The position numbers and the translations under genes were made by a program. From positions 62,001 to 126,000 of IMG/VR virus record IMGVR_UViG_3300017917_002434: DNA of 64,000 nt, one strand, 5' to 3'. Each line of letters begins with the position of its first letter. Within the stretch, counting starts at the first letter, position 1. Below are positions 9,863 to 19,951 of the stretch, piece by piece. The notes below the pieces were generated by a model that worked only from the letters and a program-made list of their open reading frames with translations, had not been told where the DNA came from and made no database searches.

Positions 9863-10779
9863 GAGAGCTATGGGTAGAAAAATATCGACCTAAAAGTGTA
9901 GATGGTTATGTATTTAGGGATGATCATCAAAGAAAACAAGTAGAAACTTGGATCAAAGACAAGAGCATCCCGCACTTACTATTAAGCGGCAATGCCGGCA
10001 TTGGTAAAACAACATTAGCTAAGATTCTAATAAACGAACTTGGCATAGAAGAATATGATGTTTTAGAACTAAACGCATCACGTACTAACTCTGTCGAAGA
10101 TGTGCGTGATAAAATTACTAACTTCGTCCAGATGATTCCATTTGGACCTTTTAAGGTGGTGCTATTAGATGAAGCTGATTATCTTAGTCCGAACGCTCAG
10201 GCGGCGTTACGTGGGGTCATGGAGGAGTATCATTCAACTGCTCGTTTCATCCTCACCTGTAACTACCCTAATCGCATTATCCCTGCTTTACACTCACGAT
10301 GTCAAGGATTTCACGTTGAGCGAACGGATCTTACTGAGTTTACCGCTCGTGTTGCTACTGTTCTTGTTGAGGAGGCTGTGGATTTCGATCTTGAGACGCT
10401 AGACAACTATGTTAAAGTAACTTATCCCGATTTAAGAAAGTGTATTAACCTTGTTCAACAAAATGTTCAGGAAGGAAAACTCATGTCTCCAAATAAAGGT
10501 GATGAAGGTACAGCAGATTGGAAATTCGATATGGTCGAACTCTTCAACGCAGGTAAACTCAACGAAGCACGTAAATTACTCTGTGGCAAATTAAGAGCCG
10601 AGGAGATGGAAGAAGTCTATCGATGGCTCTACGATAATATCAACATTTTTGGCGACGAAGCAAAACAAGACAATGCTATCCTTATTATCAAACAAGGTTT
10701 AGTCGATCATACATTGATTTCCGATCCCGAAATTAATCTTTCAGCAACATTAGTTAAGTTGGCAAAACTAAAGGCATGA
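9859..10779 (+). CDS. Clamp loader AAA+ subunit (RFC small/T4 gp44-like)
   Basis: LWVEKYRP, Walker A GNAGIGKTT, ELNAS, LDEAD, SRC motif. Confidence 0.92.
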   Translation: MRELWVEKYRPKSVDGYVFRDDHQRKQVETWIKDKSIPHLLLSGNAGIGKTTLAKILINELGIEEYDVLELNASRTNSVEDVRDKITNFVQMIPFGPFKVVLLDEADYLSPNAQAALRGVMEEYHSTARFILTCNYPNRIIPALHSRCQGFHVERTDLTEFTARVATVLVEEAVDFDLETLDNYVKVTYPDLRKCINLVQQNVQEGKLMSPNKGDEGTADWKFDMVELFNAGKLNEARKLLCGKLRAEEMEEVYRWLYDNINIFGDEAKQDNAILIIKQGLVDHTLISDPEINLSATLVKLAKLKA

Positions 10780-11288
10780 AACAAAAATTTATTAATCTCT
10801 ATATGGACTGGGCCAAGAGATGTTCTAAGCTCAGTCATGCTATGAGATTACAGGTAGGGGCAGTTATCGTAAAAGATGATTCGGTTATAAGTTACGGTTA
10901 CAACGGTATGCCTGCGGGATGGAATAACGACTGCGAAGATAAGGTATTCGATCCCGGTGCTGGAGGTTGGCTCAGCCCTAAAGAATTTAAAGATCAATAT
11001 CCTTATAGTGAATGGCACCCTGAAGTACAACGCGAAGTCCACTATGGGTTAAAAACCAAACCCGAAGTCTTACATGCTGAATCTAACGCTATAGCTAAAT
11101 TGGCAAGATCGTCTAACAGTGGGTTGGACGCAGATATCTTTATCACTCATGCCCCATGTATCGAATGTGCTAAATTAATCTATCAGTCTGGAATCAGACG
11201 TGTGTTTTATGGACACGATTATCGAGACGATGCTGGTATTAAATTTTTAAAAAAATCTAATATAAAAGTTGAAAAGGTAGAAACTTGA
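10776..11288 (+). CDS. dCMP deaminase
   Basis: VGAVIV, GYNG, HAESNA, PCIEC zinc motifs. Confidence 0.9.
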   Translation: MKQKFINLYMDWAKRCSKLSHAMRLQVGAVIVKDDSVISYGYNGMPAGWNNDCEDKVFDPGAGGWLSPKEFKDQYPYSEWHPEVQREVHYGLKTKPEVLHAESNAIAKLARSSNSGLDADIFITHAPCIECAKLIYQSGIRRVFYGHDYRDDAGIKFLKKSNIKVEKVET

Positions 11289-11524
11289 AGTACAGATATA
11301 TGCTTGTCTCCTATCACCCCAGACGTGATGGAAAATATGATGAACTAACTGAATTTAAAAACAGTCTAAAATTTAAGCACAGACATCATGCTAAGGTCAT
11401 CTTAGACCTTAAGAAAAAAACTGTTCTCAAAAACGAGTTGAACCCCAACGCCTCTTTTAATGATTTGTTGGAGTTCTATAAGAAAGTTATTGGTTCTACT
11501 CTGCTCGATTACCTCCCGTCATAA
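11285..11524 (+). CDS. Hypothetical protein
   Basis: TTGA-coupled; 3' end overlaps the convergent phoH. Confidence 0.5.
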   Translation: MKYRYMLVSYHPRRDGKYDELTEFKNSLKFKHRHHAKVILDLKKKTVLKNELNPNASFNDLLEFYKKVIGSTLLDYLPS

Positions 11525-12249
11525 TCTCCGTAGATTGCTAATATCTCTTTGACCGCTTGGTGTCTTTCTACATCTTCGACACTAAACTGGCAGATATCAA
11601 CATGTTTGTGGTTTTTAAAATTATCGTATAATTTTAAGAACTCAAGAAGCCCGTTTGATGCTGGTCTGTCTGCCTGTTGTAAATCTCCCGTCACTATCAT
11701 CCTAGAGCCTTCGCCCAATCTAGTCAGTAGCATCTTCATTTGACTAGGGGTCGCATTCTGCATCTCGTCAGCGATAATAAAACTCTTTTTGAATGTTCGT
11801 CCTCTCATATATGCTAAAGGACTGATCTCAATCACCCCCTCTTTTATAAAATTTTCTATTTCTTTAGCATAATAGTATTCTTCGAATACATCAAAAATCG
11901 GGCGAGTCCAAGGTTCCATCTTTTGCTGTAAGGTTCCTGGCAGGAATCCATGCTGCTCATCCACACTTACAGCGGGACGAGTAACCACGATCTTATCGAT
12001 CTCTCCTTCTTGGAACAGTTTGACTGCCCACTGACAGGCCAGCATAGTTTTGCCCGTACCCGCAGGTCCTATAGCAAATACTATGTTTTTCTGTTCTTCT
12101 TGGAGTTTTAAGAGATAATTCTCTTGATTGAGGTTTTTAGGATATATCAGTACCCTGTTTTTCTTTTTTGGAAGGAATTTATTTAGTTGAACTACGTTAT
12201 CATGCTCTTGTACAGCCAGATTTTTAACTGATTTTCTTTGTTTTCTCAA
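11509..12249 (-). CDS. phoH: PhoH-like ATPase
   Basis: GPAGTGKT, RPAV, GFLPG, YMRGRTF, DEMQN, TRLG, GDLQQ; TTG start with AGGAGG RBS. Confidence 0.93.
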   Translation of the reverse strand: MRKQRKSVKNLAVQEHDNVVQLNKFLPKKKNRVLIYPKNLNQENYLLKLQEEQKNIVFAIGPAGTGKTMLACQWAVKLFQEGEIDKIVVTRPAVSVDEQHGFLPGTLQQKMEPWTRPIFDVFEEYYYAKEIENFIKEGVIEISPLAYMRGRTFKKSFIIADEMQNATPSQMKMLLTRLGEGSRMIVTGDLQQADRPASNGLLEFLKLYDNFKNHKHVDICQFSVEDVERHQAVKEILAIYGDYDGR

Positions 12250-12268
12250 AGGATAGCCTCCTAATTAA

Positions 12269-12313
12269 GTGATCGGCACGGACCTTTAAACCGTTGTGTC
12301 CGTGGTCGAACAC
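12269..12313 (-). promoter_or_regulatory. Imperfect hairpin in the phoH 5' leader
   Basis: CACGGAC (12277-83) pairs with GTCCGTG (12298-304), extended by TCG/CGA and GTG/CAC. Confidence 0.5.
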
Positions 12314-12363
12314 AAAAGTATTTAAGACTTGAGACAAAAAATAATAACTTAAGATAATATTTT

Positions 12364-12375
12364 TGCGATAAATAC
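12364..12375 (+). promoter_or_regulatory. Late promoter TGCGATAAATAC
   Basis: The same 11-mer occurs at 19915 (+) and ~56955 (-), each just upstream of a gene start. Confidence 0.65.
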
Positions 12376-12393
12376 TATTGGAGATTAAAAGCT

Positions 12394-12912
12394 ATGCGTG
12401 ACGCCCGCGAAATACTACAAAATATAGAGAATATATATGGGTCAAATAACAGCCTTAATATTCTTAAGGACTTTGAACGTGTCCTAGACGAGCTAGATAT
12501 ATATGTTTACGAGAATTGGATCGATGGGGAACTTATTGAGGGTCCTGAAGAGTCTAGGTACTTCATCACCTGTAAGTTTATGTGGCCCGAAAAGAAGATG
12601 CCTAACCCTAAGGGTGGCATGCGATTACTAGACTACGGTTGTAGAGTATTCTTTGAAAAAGATGATATCGCTGATGTACGAAAGATTAGAACACCGGACG
12701 ATATTCGTCCTGGAACCAAACAGGGAAAAATAGATCATAAGCCTGTATGGATCGTAGAAATACGTATGCCTAAGAAACTAATGTTTGATATCGACAAGGG
12801 CTACAGAAAACTTACTAAGAATAAAACAGAAAGTCCAATGGCTGGTGTGACTACTGCTGTACCGCCCTCTCAACAGAGCCAAGCTGAACCAGTCGAAGGA
12901 GCAGCACAATAA
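12394..12912 (+). CDS. Hypothetical late protein
   Basis: Late motif and GGAG RBS upstream; 172 aa. Confidence 0.65.
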   Translation: MRDAREILQNIENIYGSNNSLNILKDFERVLDELDIYVYENWIDGELIEGPEESRYFITCKFMWPEKKMPNPKGGMRLLDYGCRVFFEKDDIADVRKIRTPDDIRPGTKQGKIDHKPVWIVEIRMPKKLMFDIDKGYRKLTKNKTESPMAGVTTAVPPSQQSQAEPVEGAAQ

Positions 12913-13652
12913 TGACACAACTACAAGAAGGTCTCAGACCAGAAGATTTAGTTGATATGATTTTTGACAGCATCGAGATCGATTCATTTAAAAGTAAGAT
13001 GGGTGAAGATCGAGATGTCTGTGTTGTTTCTTTCAAAGCTAGAGAAAGAGGTCCAGCTAAGGATATGATGGAGTTTATCGAAAAAGGTTACAACTTTGTT
13101 CTAGATGCTGACGTTAGTTCAGGCGAAGATCGAAATGGTCTATATCATGTGTTCATCGAATTAAAGAGAACTCCAGCATTGTACGATCAGATTAACGAAT
13201 TAATAGACGGTATCAAAAGATTAACAGCTATAAATGAATGGAAATTTAAATACCACAAAAGTAATAGGTATCAACCCTTAGATGAACAGACATTAAAATC
13301 AGCTATTCCCGGAACGCCCGATGCTTACGATATGATGGTTGAAAATATTAGAGTAGAAAGTATCAAACGTTTCTTTTCTAAAACATTCAAAAACGAATTA
13401 GTAATCGAAGGAAATAAAATAACGATTACTAAACCATTCGGATCTAAATTTACATTCAATCTAGTAGATTTCGGCCAGGCCGACGATTTACAGGTTAAGA
13501 TTACTGAAACAGTAAAAATTGATACAAAAAGTATGGCCGAAGTGATGTGGCTAACCAAAGTCTTAGGAGACTTTAACATTACGAAATATGGTGATCAATT
13601 CGTCTTAGAGGACGGAAAGAAATCCATGATTATTAAAATGGAGGAGCAATAA
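12912..13652 (+). CDS. Hypothetical late protein
   Basis: TAATG-coupled; 246 aa. Confidence 0.65.
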   Translation: MTQLQEGLRPEDLVDMIFDSIEIDSFKSKMGEDRDVCVVSFKARERGPAKDMMEFIEKGYNFVLDADVSSGEDRNGLYHVFIELKRTPALYDQINELIDGIKRLTAINEWKFKYHKSNRYQPLDEQTLKSAIPGTPDAYDMMVENIRVESIKRFFSKTFKNELVIEGNKITITKPFGSKFTFNLVDFGQADDLQVKITETVKIDTKSMAEVMWLTKVLGDFNITKYGDQFVLEDGKKSMIIKMEEQ

Positions 13653-14281
13653 TGAGTTTTAATTTTGAATTTACTAAAGCACATCTAAAAGAGATGATCG
13701 GTAACAATCCGTATTTGGATAACTGGCACAGTGCGTTAAGTGAAATCCTTCCAGAATATGAAATTAATACCAAAGAGCGTGTGGCGGCGTTTATCGCTCA
13801 ATGTGCTCATGAATCAGGTAATTTTAGATTCTTAAAAGAAAATTTAAATTATAAAGCACCGAGTTTACGCAAAGTTTTTCCTAAATACTTCCCCGACGAT
13901 GCTATCGCTGCCCAGTATGCTAATAAACAAGAAAAAATCGCTAACAGAGTCTATGCTAATCGTATGGGTAATGGTGACGAAGCTTCAGGCGATGGCTGGA
14001 GATACTGCGGTCGTGGATTGATTCAGCTAACAGGAAAAAACAATTATACCTTCTTCGCTGCCAGCTTAGATATGAAAGTAGAAGATGTTCCAGAATATCT
14101 AGGAACATTTGAAGGTGCTGTTCAGTCAGCATGTTTCTTCTGGGAACAGAATAATCTTAACCAGTGGGCAGACAAAGGCGATATCTTAACATTGACTAAG
14201 CGTATCAATGGCGGTACCATTGGCTTAGACGATCGTATTAAGCACTTTGAACATGCCAAGCATGTGTTAGGAGTTCATTAA
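13652..14281 (+). CDS. Endolysin, glycoside hydrolase family 19
   Basis: AAFIAQCAHESG, ENLNY, YCGRGLIQLTGKNNY, TKRINGG. Confidence 0.9.
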   Translation: MSFNFEFTKAHLKEMIGNNPYLDNWHSALSEILPEYEINTKERVAAFIAQCAHESGNFRFLKENLNYKAPSLRKVFPKYFPDDAIAAQYANKQEKIANRVYANRMGNGDEASGDGWRYCGRGLIQLTGKNNYTFFAASLDMKVEDVPEYLGTFEGAVQSACFFWEQNNLNQWADKGDILTLTKRINGGTIGLDDRIKHFEHAKHVLGVH

Positions 14282-14282
14282 T

Positions 14283-14750
14283 ATGTGGCTGACAGGGTGG
14301 ATGCTGAGCTTTATACCAGACAGCTTCTTTCTCTGGGTGTCCTATACCCTAATAGGAATAGGTGTAGGACTTTATGTTCTTAGCAAAATAGTTAAATGGC
14401 TTCCTATTATAAGTCAATACAAATTTCCAGCAGAAATTCTTGGAATTATAATTTTGACTGTAGGAGCCTATGTGTTTGGTAGTTACGGTACCGAAATGGT
14501 ATGGCGTGAACGTGTTCGCGAACTAGAAGAAAAAGTAGCTATCGCTGAGCAAAAATCTAAAGAAACTAACACGATCATCAAAGAAAAAATTGTAACTAAG
14601 ATTAAAGAAATAAAAGTGTTCCAAGATCGTATCAAAGAAGTCATAGTAGAAAAGGAAAAGATCATAGACGCACAATGTACAGTTCCACAAGAAGCTCTAG
14701 ACATTTTAAATGATAGTGCTAAAGGAGTACCGGAGGGAGAAAAGAAATGA
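14283..14750 (+). CDS. Putative inner-membrane spanin (Rz-like)
   Basis: N-terminal TM segments plus coiled coil and C-terminal Cys; sits between endolysin and lipoprotein. Confidence 0.65.
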   Translation: MWLTGWMLSFIPDSFFLWVSYTLIGIGVGLYVLSKIVKWLPIISQYKFPAEILGIIILTVGAYVFGSYGTEMVWRERVRELEEKVAIAEQKSKETNTIIKEKIVTKIKEIKVFQDRIKEVIVEKEKIIDAQCTVPQEALDILNDSAKGVPEGEKK

Positions 14751-15019
14751 GATTTTTACTTTTATTAATCCCTGCTTTTTTACTAACTGGTTGTTTTTCA
14801 ACTACTGCTCCTGTGAAACGAAATTTTCCAGAAGTTCCAGCAGAACTAATGGCAACTTGTCCGGATCTTAAAAAGATAGAAAAGGGAACACAGCAGTTGA
14901 GTAAAGTCATCACAGTTGTCACTGAAAATTATTCTCAGTATCATGAGTGTAAAGTTAAAGTTGATAATTGGATTTTATGGTATGAGTCACAGAAAAAAAT
15001 CTTCGACGAAGTCAAATAA
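14747..15019 (+). CDS. Putative outer-membrane spanin lipoprotein (Rz1-like)
   Basis: Lipobox LLTG-C followed by a Pro-rich segment; 4-nt overlap with the Rz-like gene. Confidence 0.75.
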   Translation: MRFLLLLIPAFLLTGCFSTTAPVKRNFPEVPAELMATCPDLKKIEKGTQQLSKVITVVTENYSQYHECKVKVDNWILWYESQKKIFDEVK

Positions 15020-15037
15020 AAGAGTTAGGAGCGGTAA

Positions 15038-15328
15038 ATGGTAACTTTAATGGACAACGACAAAGACGGTAAAATTAGTAAAGAAGATATCGAGACTAGT
15101 GACGCTAGACTAGAATTAGAATTACGTGAAGAGAAAGCAGATGCACATAGAAAAATGGCTTGGGTAGCTATGATTTCTATGATAATCTTCAGCGGTTTTC
15201 TATTTTCACCGATGGTGGAAGTTGAAAGGGTCAAAGCATTGGCCGATCTATTAGGCATGTTCTACATTGCTCAAGCTGGTGTAGTAGGTGCGTACATGGG
15301 TGTAACAGCTTGGATGAGTAGGAAATAA
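15038..15328 (+). CDS. Putative holin (2 TM) with EF-hand-like N-terminus
   Basis: Two hydrophobic helices, basic C-terminus, lysis-cassette position; DNDKDGKISKED loop. Confidence 0.55.
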   Translation: MVTLMDNDKDGKISKEDIETSDARLELELREEKADAHRKMAWVAMISMIIFSGFLFSPMVEVERVKALADLLGMFYIAQAGVVGAYMGVTAWMSRK

Positions 15329-15342
15329 TCAAGGAGATTTAT

Positions 15343-15567
15343 ATGAAATTATTTTTAACAGCACTATTTTTAAGCGTGATGGCTAGCACTTCAGTGTATG
15401 CCGATAATCACGATAAGAAACCAGAAACTAAAAAGGTCTGCGTTGATGTACAGGGCAAAGACGGGAAGCCTGTTATTGATCCAAAGACTAAAAAACCAAA
15501 ACAAGAATGTAAAGAAGTTAAGAAACATCAAAAGCATGAAGGTACAAAAGTTCCAGAAAAGAAATAA
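15343..15567 (+). CDS. Small secreted basic protein
   Basis: Signal peptide ending VYA; Lys-rich with two Cys; AGGAG RBS. Confidence 0.6.
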   Translation: MKLFLTALFLSVMASTSVYADNHDKKPETKKVCVDVQGKDGKPVIDPKTKKPKQECKEVKKHQKHEGTKVPEKK

Positions 15568-15575
15568 TTCTGTTT

Positions 15576-15604
15576 TTGACTTTTCTCAAAGGGTATAGTA
15601 TAAT
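15576..15604 (+). promoter_or_regulatory. Sigma70 promoter TTGACT-N17-TATAAT
   Basis: Near-consensus, directly upstream of dnaJ-def-clpA. Confidence 0.75.
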
Positions 15605-15623
15605 TACTACTATACCCTTTTTT
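15588..15623 (+). terminator. Intrinsic terminator after the lysis cassette
   Basis: 13-bp inverted repeat AAAGGGTATAGTA/TACTATACCCTTT followed by a T-run. Confidence 0.7.
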
Positions 15624-15628
15624 ACCCT

Positions 15629-16438
15629 ATGATAGATTACTATAAAACTTTAGGTGTAGATAGATCTGCTACATCGGACGATATTAAAAAAGCCTACAGA
15701 AAGTTGGCTATGAAGTATCATCCTGACCGCGGCGGTGATTCAAAAAAATTCCAAGAAATACAGGAAGCCTATGCTACACTAGGTGACGACGAAAAAAGAT
15801 TTCAATACGATAATCCCAATCAACGCCACTTCCATACCGGTAATATGGGAGATGATATATTTTCAACGTTCTTTGGGGGCGGTAGTCCGTTCGGTTTTGG
15901 ATTTCAACAACAGCAAAGAAATTCCAATATAGGTGCGACAGTTACCGTAACCTTAGAAGATATTCTAACTGGTAAGACTATAGACGCAGAAATCAGTTTT
16001 AGAAACGGACAAAAGAAACTAGTATCAATTAACATTCCGGCAGGTGTCGATGACAACATACAGATCAGATATCCAGGAATGGGCGATCAAAGTATTCCTA
16101 AATTTCCGGCCGGTGATTTAATCGTAACCGTTAGAGTATTACCTCACGCAGTATGGCGTAGAGAGCACAATAATCTAGTAGCGGAAAAAGAAATCAGCGT
16201 ATGGCAAGCATTGCTAGGATGCGATATTACGTTTGAAACTATTGAAAATAAAACTCTCAGCATAACGATTCCTCCGGGAACACAGCCCGGAACTGTGTTT
16301 AGTTGTAAAGGTGAAGGACTTCCCCATCCTAGGTCTGGCGTCAGAGGTGCTATACTGATTAAAGTTAAAGTCAATATACCAAGGAATCTTTCTGAAGAAT
16401 CTAAAAAAATGATAGAGGCATTAAGCAATGGAATTTAA
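15629..16438 (+). CDS. DnaJ-class (CbpA-like, no zinc finger) co-chaperone
   Basis: J-domain with HPD motif, G/F-rich region, C-terminal substrate-binding domain. Confidence 0.92.
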   Translation: MIDYYKTLGVDRSATSDDIKKAYRKLAMKYHPDRGGDSKKFQEIQEAYATLGDDEKRFQYDNPNQRHFHTGNMGDDIFSTFFGGGSPFGFGFQQQQRNSNIGATVTVTLEDILTGKTIDAEISFRNGQKKLVSINIPAGVDDNIQIRYPGMGDQSIPKFPAGDLIVTVRVLPHAVWRREHNNLVAEKEISVWQALLGCDITFETIENKTLSITIPPGTQPGTVFSCKGEGLPHPRSGVRGAILIKVKVNIPRNLSEESKKMIEALSNGI

Positions 16439-16919
16439 ATTAGGCCCCCATGAAAGCCTAGCACAGGTCAGCGACGACTGGAATTTCGCTGCTGATGGTA
16501 ACGCAGAAGAATTAGAAAAATCTATGATAGATTTTATGCTGAATAACAACGGCATAGGATTAGCAGCTAATCAAATAGGATTAACAAAAAATGTATTTGT
16601 GATTGGTAGTAAAAATATTCCCGGATATGAACCGATGGCAGTGTTTAATCCTAAAATCTTAGAGGTGAGTAAAGATACAGAGCTATTCAAAGAAGGATGT
16701 CTTAGCTATCCTGATCTTTGGTTAACTATTAAAAGACCAAAAGCTATTATAGCAGAATTTCAGAACAGCAAAGGAGATGTAGTCACTGCCGAGATGGATG
16801 GTCTTATTGCTAGATGCTTTCAACACGAATTCGACCATCTAAAGGGCATCTGTTTCGTTGACAGAGTGTCTCAGATGAAGTTACAATTAGCTATGAAAAA
16901 AATTAATAAGAGAAGATAA
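16428..16919 (+). CDS. def: Peptide deformylase
   Basis: [22 protein letters not shown] motifs. Confidence 0.93.
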   Translation: MEFKLGPHESLAQVSDDWNFAADGNAEELEKSMIDFMLNNNGIGLAANQIGLTKNVFVIGSKNIPGYEPMAVFNPKILEVSKDTELFKEGCLSYPDLWLTIKRPKAIIAEFQNSKGDVVTAEMDGLIARCFQHEFDHLKGICFVDRVSQMKLQLAMKKINKRR

Positions 16920-16922
16920 TCA

Positions 16923-19262
16923 ATGCTAGAACCAAGTAGAAAACTCCAAGCAGTCTTTGAAAAAGCGATCGATATCGCACAGAGACTTGAACACGAATAC
17001 GTTACTATCGAACATTTAACTTTTTCTATCATCTTAGATGAAGAAACTTTCAATGGTCTTAGCCAAGCTGGTTTTGCTAGTGAATTCTTAAAAGTTAATT
17101 TAGAACACTTCCTCAAGACTAAATTAGATGATATCAGAACAGGTACGTCTAATCATAAACCTAAAAGAACAACATCTGTCGAACGTGTATTGAACAGAGC
17201 GTTTACTCAGGCATTGTTCAGTGGGAGACAAGTTATAGAAGTAGAAGATGTTCTTATCGCTATTATAGGTGAAAGAAAAAGCTTCAGTTTCTTTTACATG
17301 ACAAAAGCAGGAATTACCAAAGAAAAATTAATCGAGTATTTCCAAACTAAATTTGAAAACAGCGTCGAAGCAGACGAAAGCCCAAGACTTAATCATAATC
17401 AATTGGATAAAATTCTAAATCAGTTTTGTACTAACTTGAGCCTACTGGCCAAACAAAGAAAGATCGATCCTGTTATTGGCAGGGACGATGAATTGGAAAA
17501 AATACAACTTATTCTCGCTCGCAGATCTAAGAGTAATGTTCTGTTAGTTGGAGAACCCGGTGTAGGTAAGACTGCTATCGCGGAAGGCCTAGCACGTAAG
17601 ATATTTGAAAAGAAAGTTCCTAAATTCATATTAGATCACAGTGTTTACACACTAGATATTTCTGCTCTACTAGCAGGTAGCAAATATCGTGGTGATTTTG
17701 AAGAACGTATCAAAGCAGTCCTGACTGCCTTAGAAAAGAAAGGCAAAATCATCCTGTTCATCGATGAGGCTCATATGATGAACGGTGCTGGTGCTGCTAA
17801 CGGTTCAGCAAATGACCTAGCTAATATTCTAAAGCCTATGCTGACCAAAGGTACTATGAAAGTTATCGCTTCTACCACCTGGGAAGAATATCGCAAGCAC
17901 TTCGAAAAAGATCGTGCCCTAATGCGTCGATTCCAACGTGTTACAGTTGACGAACCTACGCCAGAGCTTACTGTTAAAATTGTTAAAGGTATAAGAAAGT
18001 ATTACGAACAGTTCCATACAGTAAAAATTACCGATGCGGCTATTGAACAGGCAGTTAAGATGAGCATCAAATATATGCCGGATAAGAAATTACCGGACAA
18101 GGCTATTGATATCATCGACTGTGCTGCGGCTCGTTATAAAATAAAAGATAATGACGCAGAAACCGCGGTTAGTATCGTTGACATTGAACAGATCATGTTC
18201 GAAGTTAGTAAAATGACTAACATGCCGTTCGAAACTGTCAGCGAAAAAGAATCTAAAAATCTTTCTGACCTAGAAAGCAATCTTAAAAATTCTGTGTTCG
18301 GACAAGAATCAGCGATTTCTAATCTGTTAGATAAGATTTTTGTAGCACAAGCAGGTATGAAAGTACCTAACAAGCCTATCGGATGCTTCTTATTCGTAGG
18401 ACCGACTGGCTGCGGTAAGACAGAAACAGCTAAACAGCTCAGCGATAAAATGGCTATGCCATTAGTTCGATTTGATATGAGTGAATATCAAGAGAAACAT
18501 AGCGTGGCACGGTTGATTGGTGCTCCTCCCGGCTACGTCGGCTTTGAAGATAATGCTGGTCAGCTGATTACTAAATTACAAGAAACTCCAAATTGCGTAC
18601 TGTTGTTGGACGAGATCGAAAAAGCACATCCAGACGTTAGTAACATCTTGCTACAGTTTATGGATAATGGATTCGTAACCGGTTCAAATGGTAAACAGGC
18701 AGACGGTCGTAACACTATTCTTATTATGACATCAAACTTAGGTGCCGCTGACAACGAAAGAAATAGTATTGGATTCGGAGATCTAGAAAAAGATGGGGAA
18801 GATGACAAGGCAGTTAAAAAATTCTTTGCTCCGGAATTTCGAAATCGTCTAGATGCTGTCGTAAAATTTGGCAGTTTATCTATGGATACTGTTAAAGTTA
18901 TCGTTGACAAGTTTATGCGTGACCTTAATCAACAAATCAAAGAGAAGAGAGTCGAAATAATCTTAACTGACGACTCGAGAGATTGGCTGGCAAAGCATGG
19001 CTATAATTCAAAATTAGGTGCTAGGCCGTTAAGTAGACTTATCGATAACGAAATTAAGTCTCCGATTAGTAGAAAAATACTGTTTGGAGAACTTAAGAAT
19101 GGAGGAAAAGTCTTCGTCAATGTGGTTGACAATAAGCTAGACTTTGTTGTAAAATTACAGGAAGAAGAGCTGGATAAATTTGAAAAACGTGCTTTCAAAC
19201 ACCACAGAAGGATTCAAGAGGGTGCTCCATTAATAAAAGATGATACAGTACAAGCCAACTAA
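16923..19262 (+). CDS. clpA: ClpA-like AAA+ unfoldase
   Basis: Clp N-domain, two AAA modules ([16 protein letters not shown]), no M-domain, IGF ClpP-docking loop. Confidence 0.9.
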   Translation: MLEPSRKLQAVFEKAIDIAQRLEHEYVTIEHLTFSIILDEETFNGLSQAGFASEFLKVNLEHFLKTKLDDIRTGTSNHKPKRTTSVERVLNRAFTQALFSGRQVIEVEDVLIAIIGERKSFSFFYMTKAGITKEKLIEYFQTKFENSVEADESPRLNHNQLDKILNQFCTNLSLLAKQRKIDPVIGRDDELEKIQLILARRSKSNVLLVGEPGVGKTAIAEGLARKIFEKKVPKFILDHSVYTLDISALLAGSKYRGDFEERIKAVLTALEKKGKIILFIDEAHMMNGAGAANGSANDLANILKPMLTKGTMKVIASTTWEEYRKHFEKDRALMRRFQRVTVDEPTPELTVKIVKGIRKYYEQFHTVKITDAAIEQAVKMSIKYMPDKKLPDKAIDIIDCAAARYKIKDNDAETAVSIVDIEQIMFEVSKMTNMPFETVSEKESKNLSDLESNLKNSVFGQESAISNLLDKIFVAQAGMKVPNKPIGCFLFVGPTGCGKTETAKQLSDKMAMPLVRFDMSEYQEKHSVARLIGAPPGYVGFEDNAGQLITKLQETPNCVLLLDEIEKAHPDVSNILLQFMDNGFVTGSNGKQADGRNTILIMTSNLGAADNERNSIGFGDLEKDGEDDKAVKKFFAPEFRNRLDAVVKFGSLSMDTVKVIVDKFMRDLNQQIKEKRVEIILTDDSRDWLAKHGYNSKLGARPLSRLIDNEIKSPISRKILFGELKNGGKVFVNVVDNKLDFVVKLQEEELDKFEKRAFKHHRRIQEGAPLIKDDTVQAN

Positions 19263-19890
19263 AAAACTATTCTACGGTAAATGGCTATACAAAGTTAGCT
19301 ACAACATCGATGGCTGCTCATATATACGGCATAAGTCTTTTGATGGCTTAGAACGCTCTATAGACCAATTGATGCCTAATAGTACTTACAATCGTAAAAT
19401 TTTGGGCAGCAAGGAAGAATTAATTAGACTTACATCTAATCTCAAGGCGATTCCTAGAGAGTCTTACGATATCCGAGTAGAAACAAATATCATCGATGTT
19501 TATACCAACGATGAGGCTTTTTTTAACTCGTTAATCCTATTACTGCCAGGAAGAATAAGATACGCTCAAAAACCATCAACAATATCCGAACAACAGTTAA
19601 CGGATAAAAGAACTATCCTTGTAAAAAAATATCCTCAAGATAGATTTACTATGCGTGTATATCTTAAACCGCATAAGATGGAGTTATCTGATAAAGGGCC
19701 ATATATCGCATGGCTTAAAGAAATCAACGGCGTTTCTATTTCTGATGCTGTACAACAATGGTTTATAACCACTCATTGGAACTGGGACCGCAGATATATC
19801 CTCGTAGATAACGAAAAAACACTGTTATTTCTTAAATTAAAGAATTCAAGCGTTATTGGTACGGTCTATAACCTGGTTTTACAGGATTAA
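19240..19890 (+). CDS. Hypothetical protein
   Basis: 216-aa ORF overlapping the clpA end. Confidence 0.6.
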   Translation: MIQYKPTKKLFYGKWLYKVSYNIDGCSYIRHKSFDGLERSIDQLMPNSTYNRKILGSKEELIRLTSNLKAIPRESYDIRVETNIIDVYTNDEAFFNSLILLLPGRIRYAQKPSTISEQQLTDKRTILVKKYPQDRFTMRVYLKPHKMELSDKGPYIAWLKEINGVSISDAVQQWFITTHWNWDRRYILVDNEKTLLFLKLKNSSVIGTVYNLVLQD

Positions 19891-19914
19891 TACAATTTCC
19901 GCTCAAATATAGTC

Positions 19915-19925
19915 TGCGATAAATA
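19915..19925 (+). promoter_or_regulatory. Late promoter TGCGATAAATA
   Basis: Repeated motif; heads the 19952-26895 array. Confidence 0.65.
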
Positions 19926-19951
19926 TAGTATCATCTTATAAGAGAGATACT

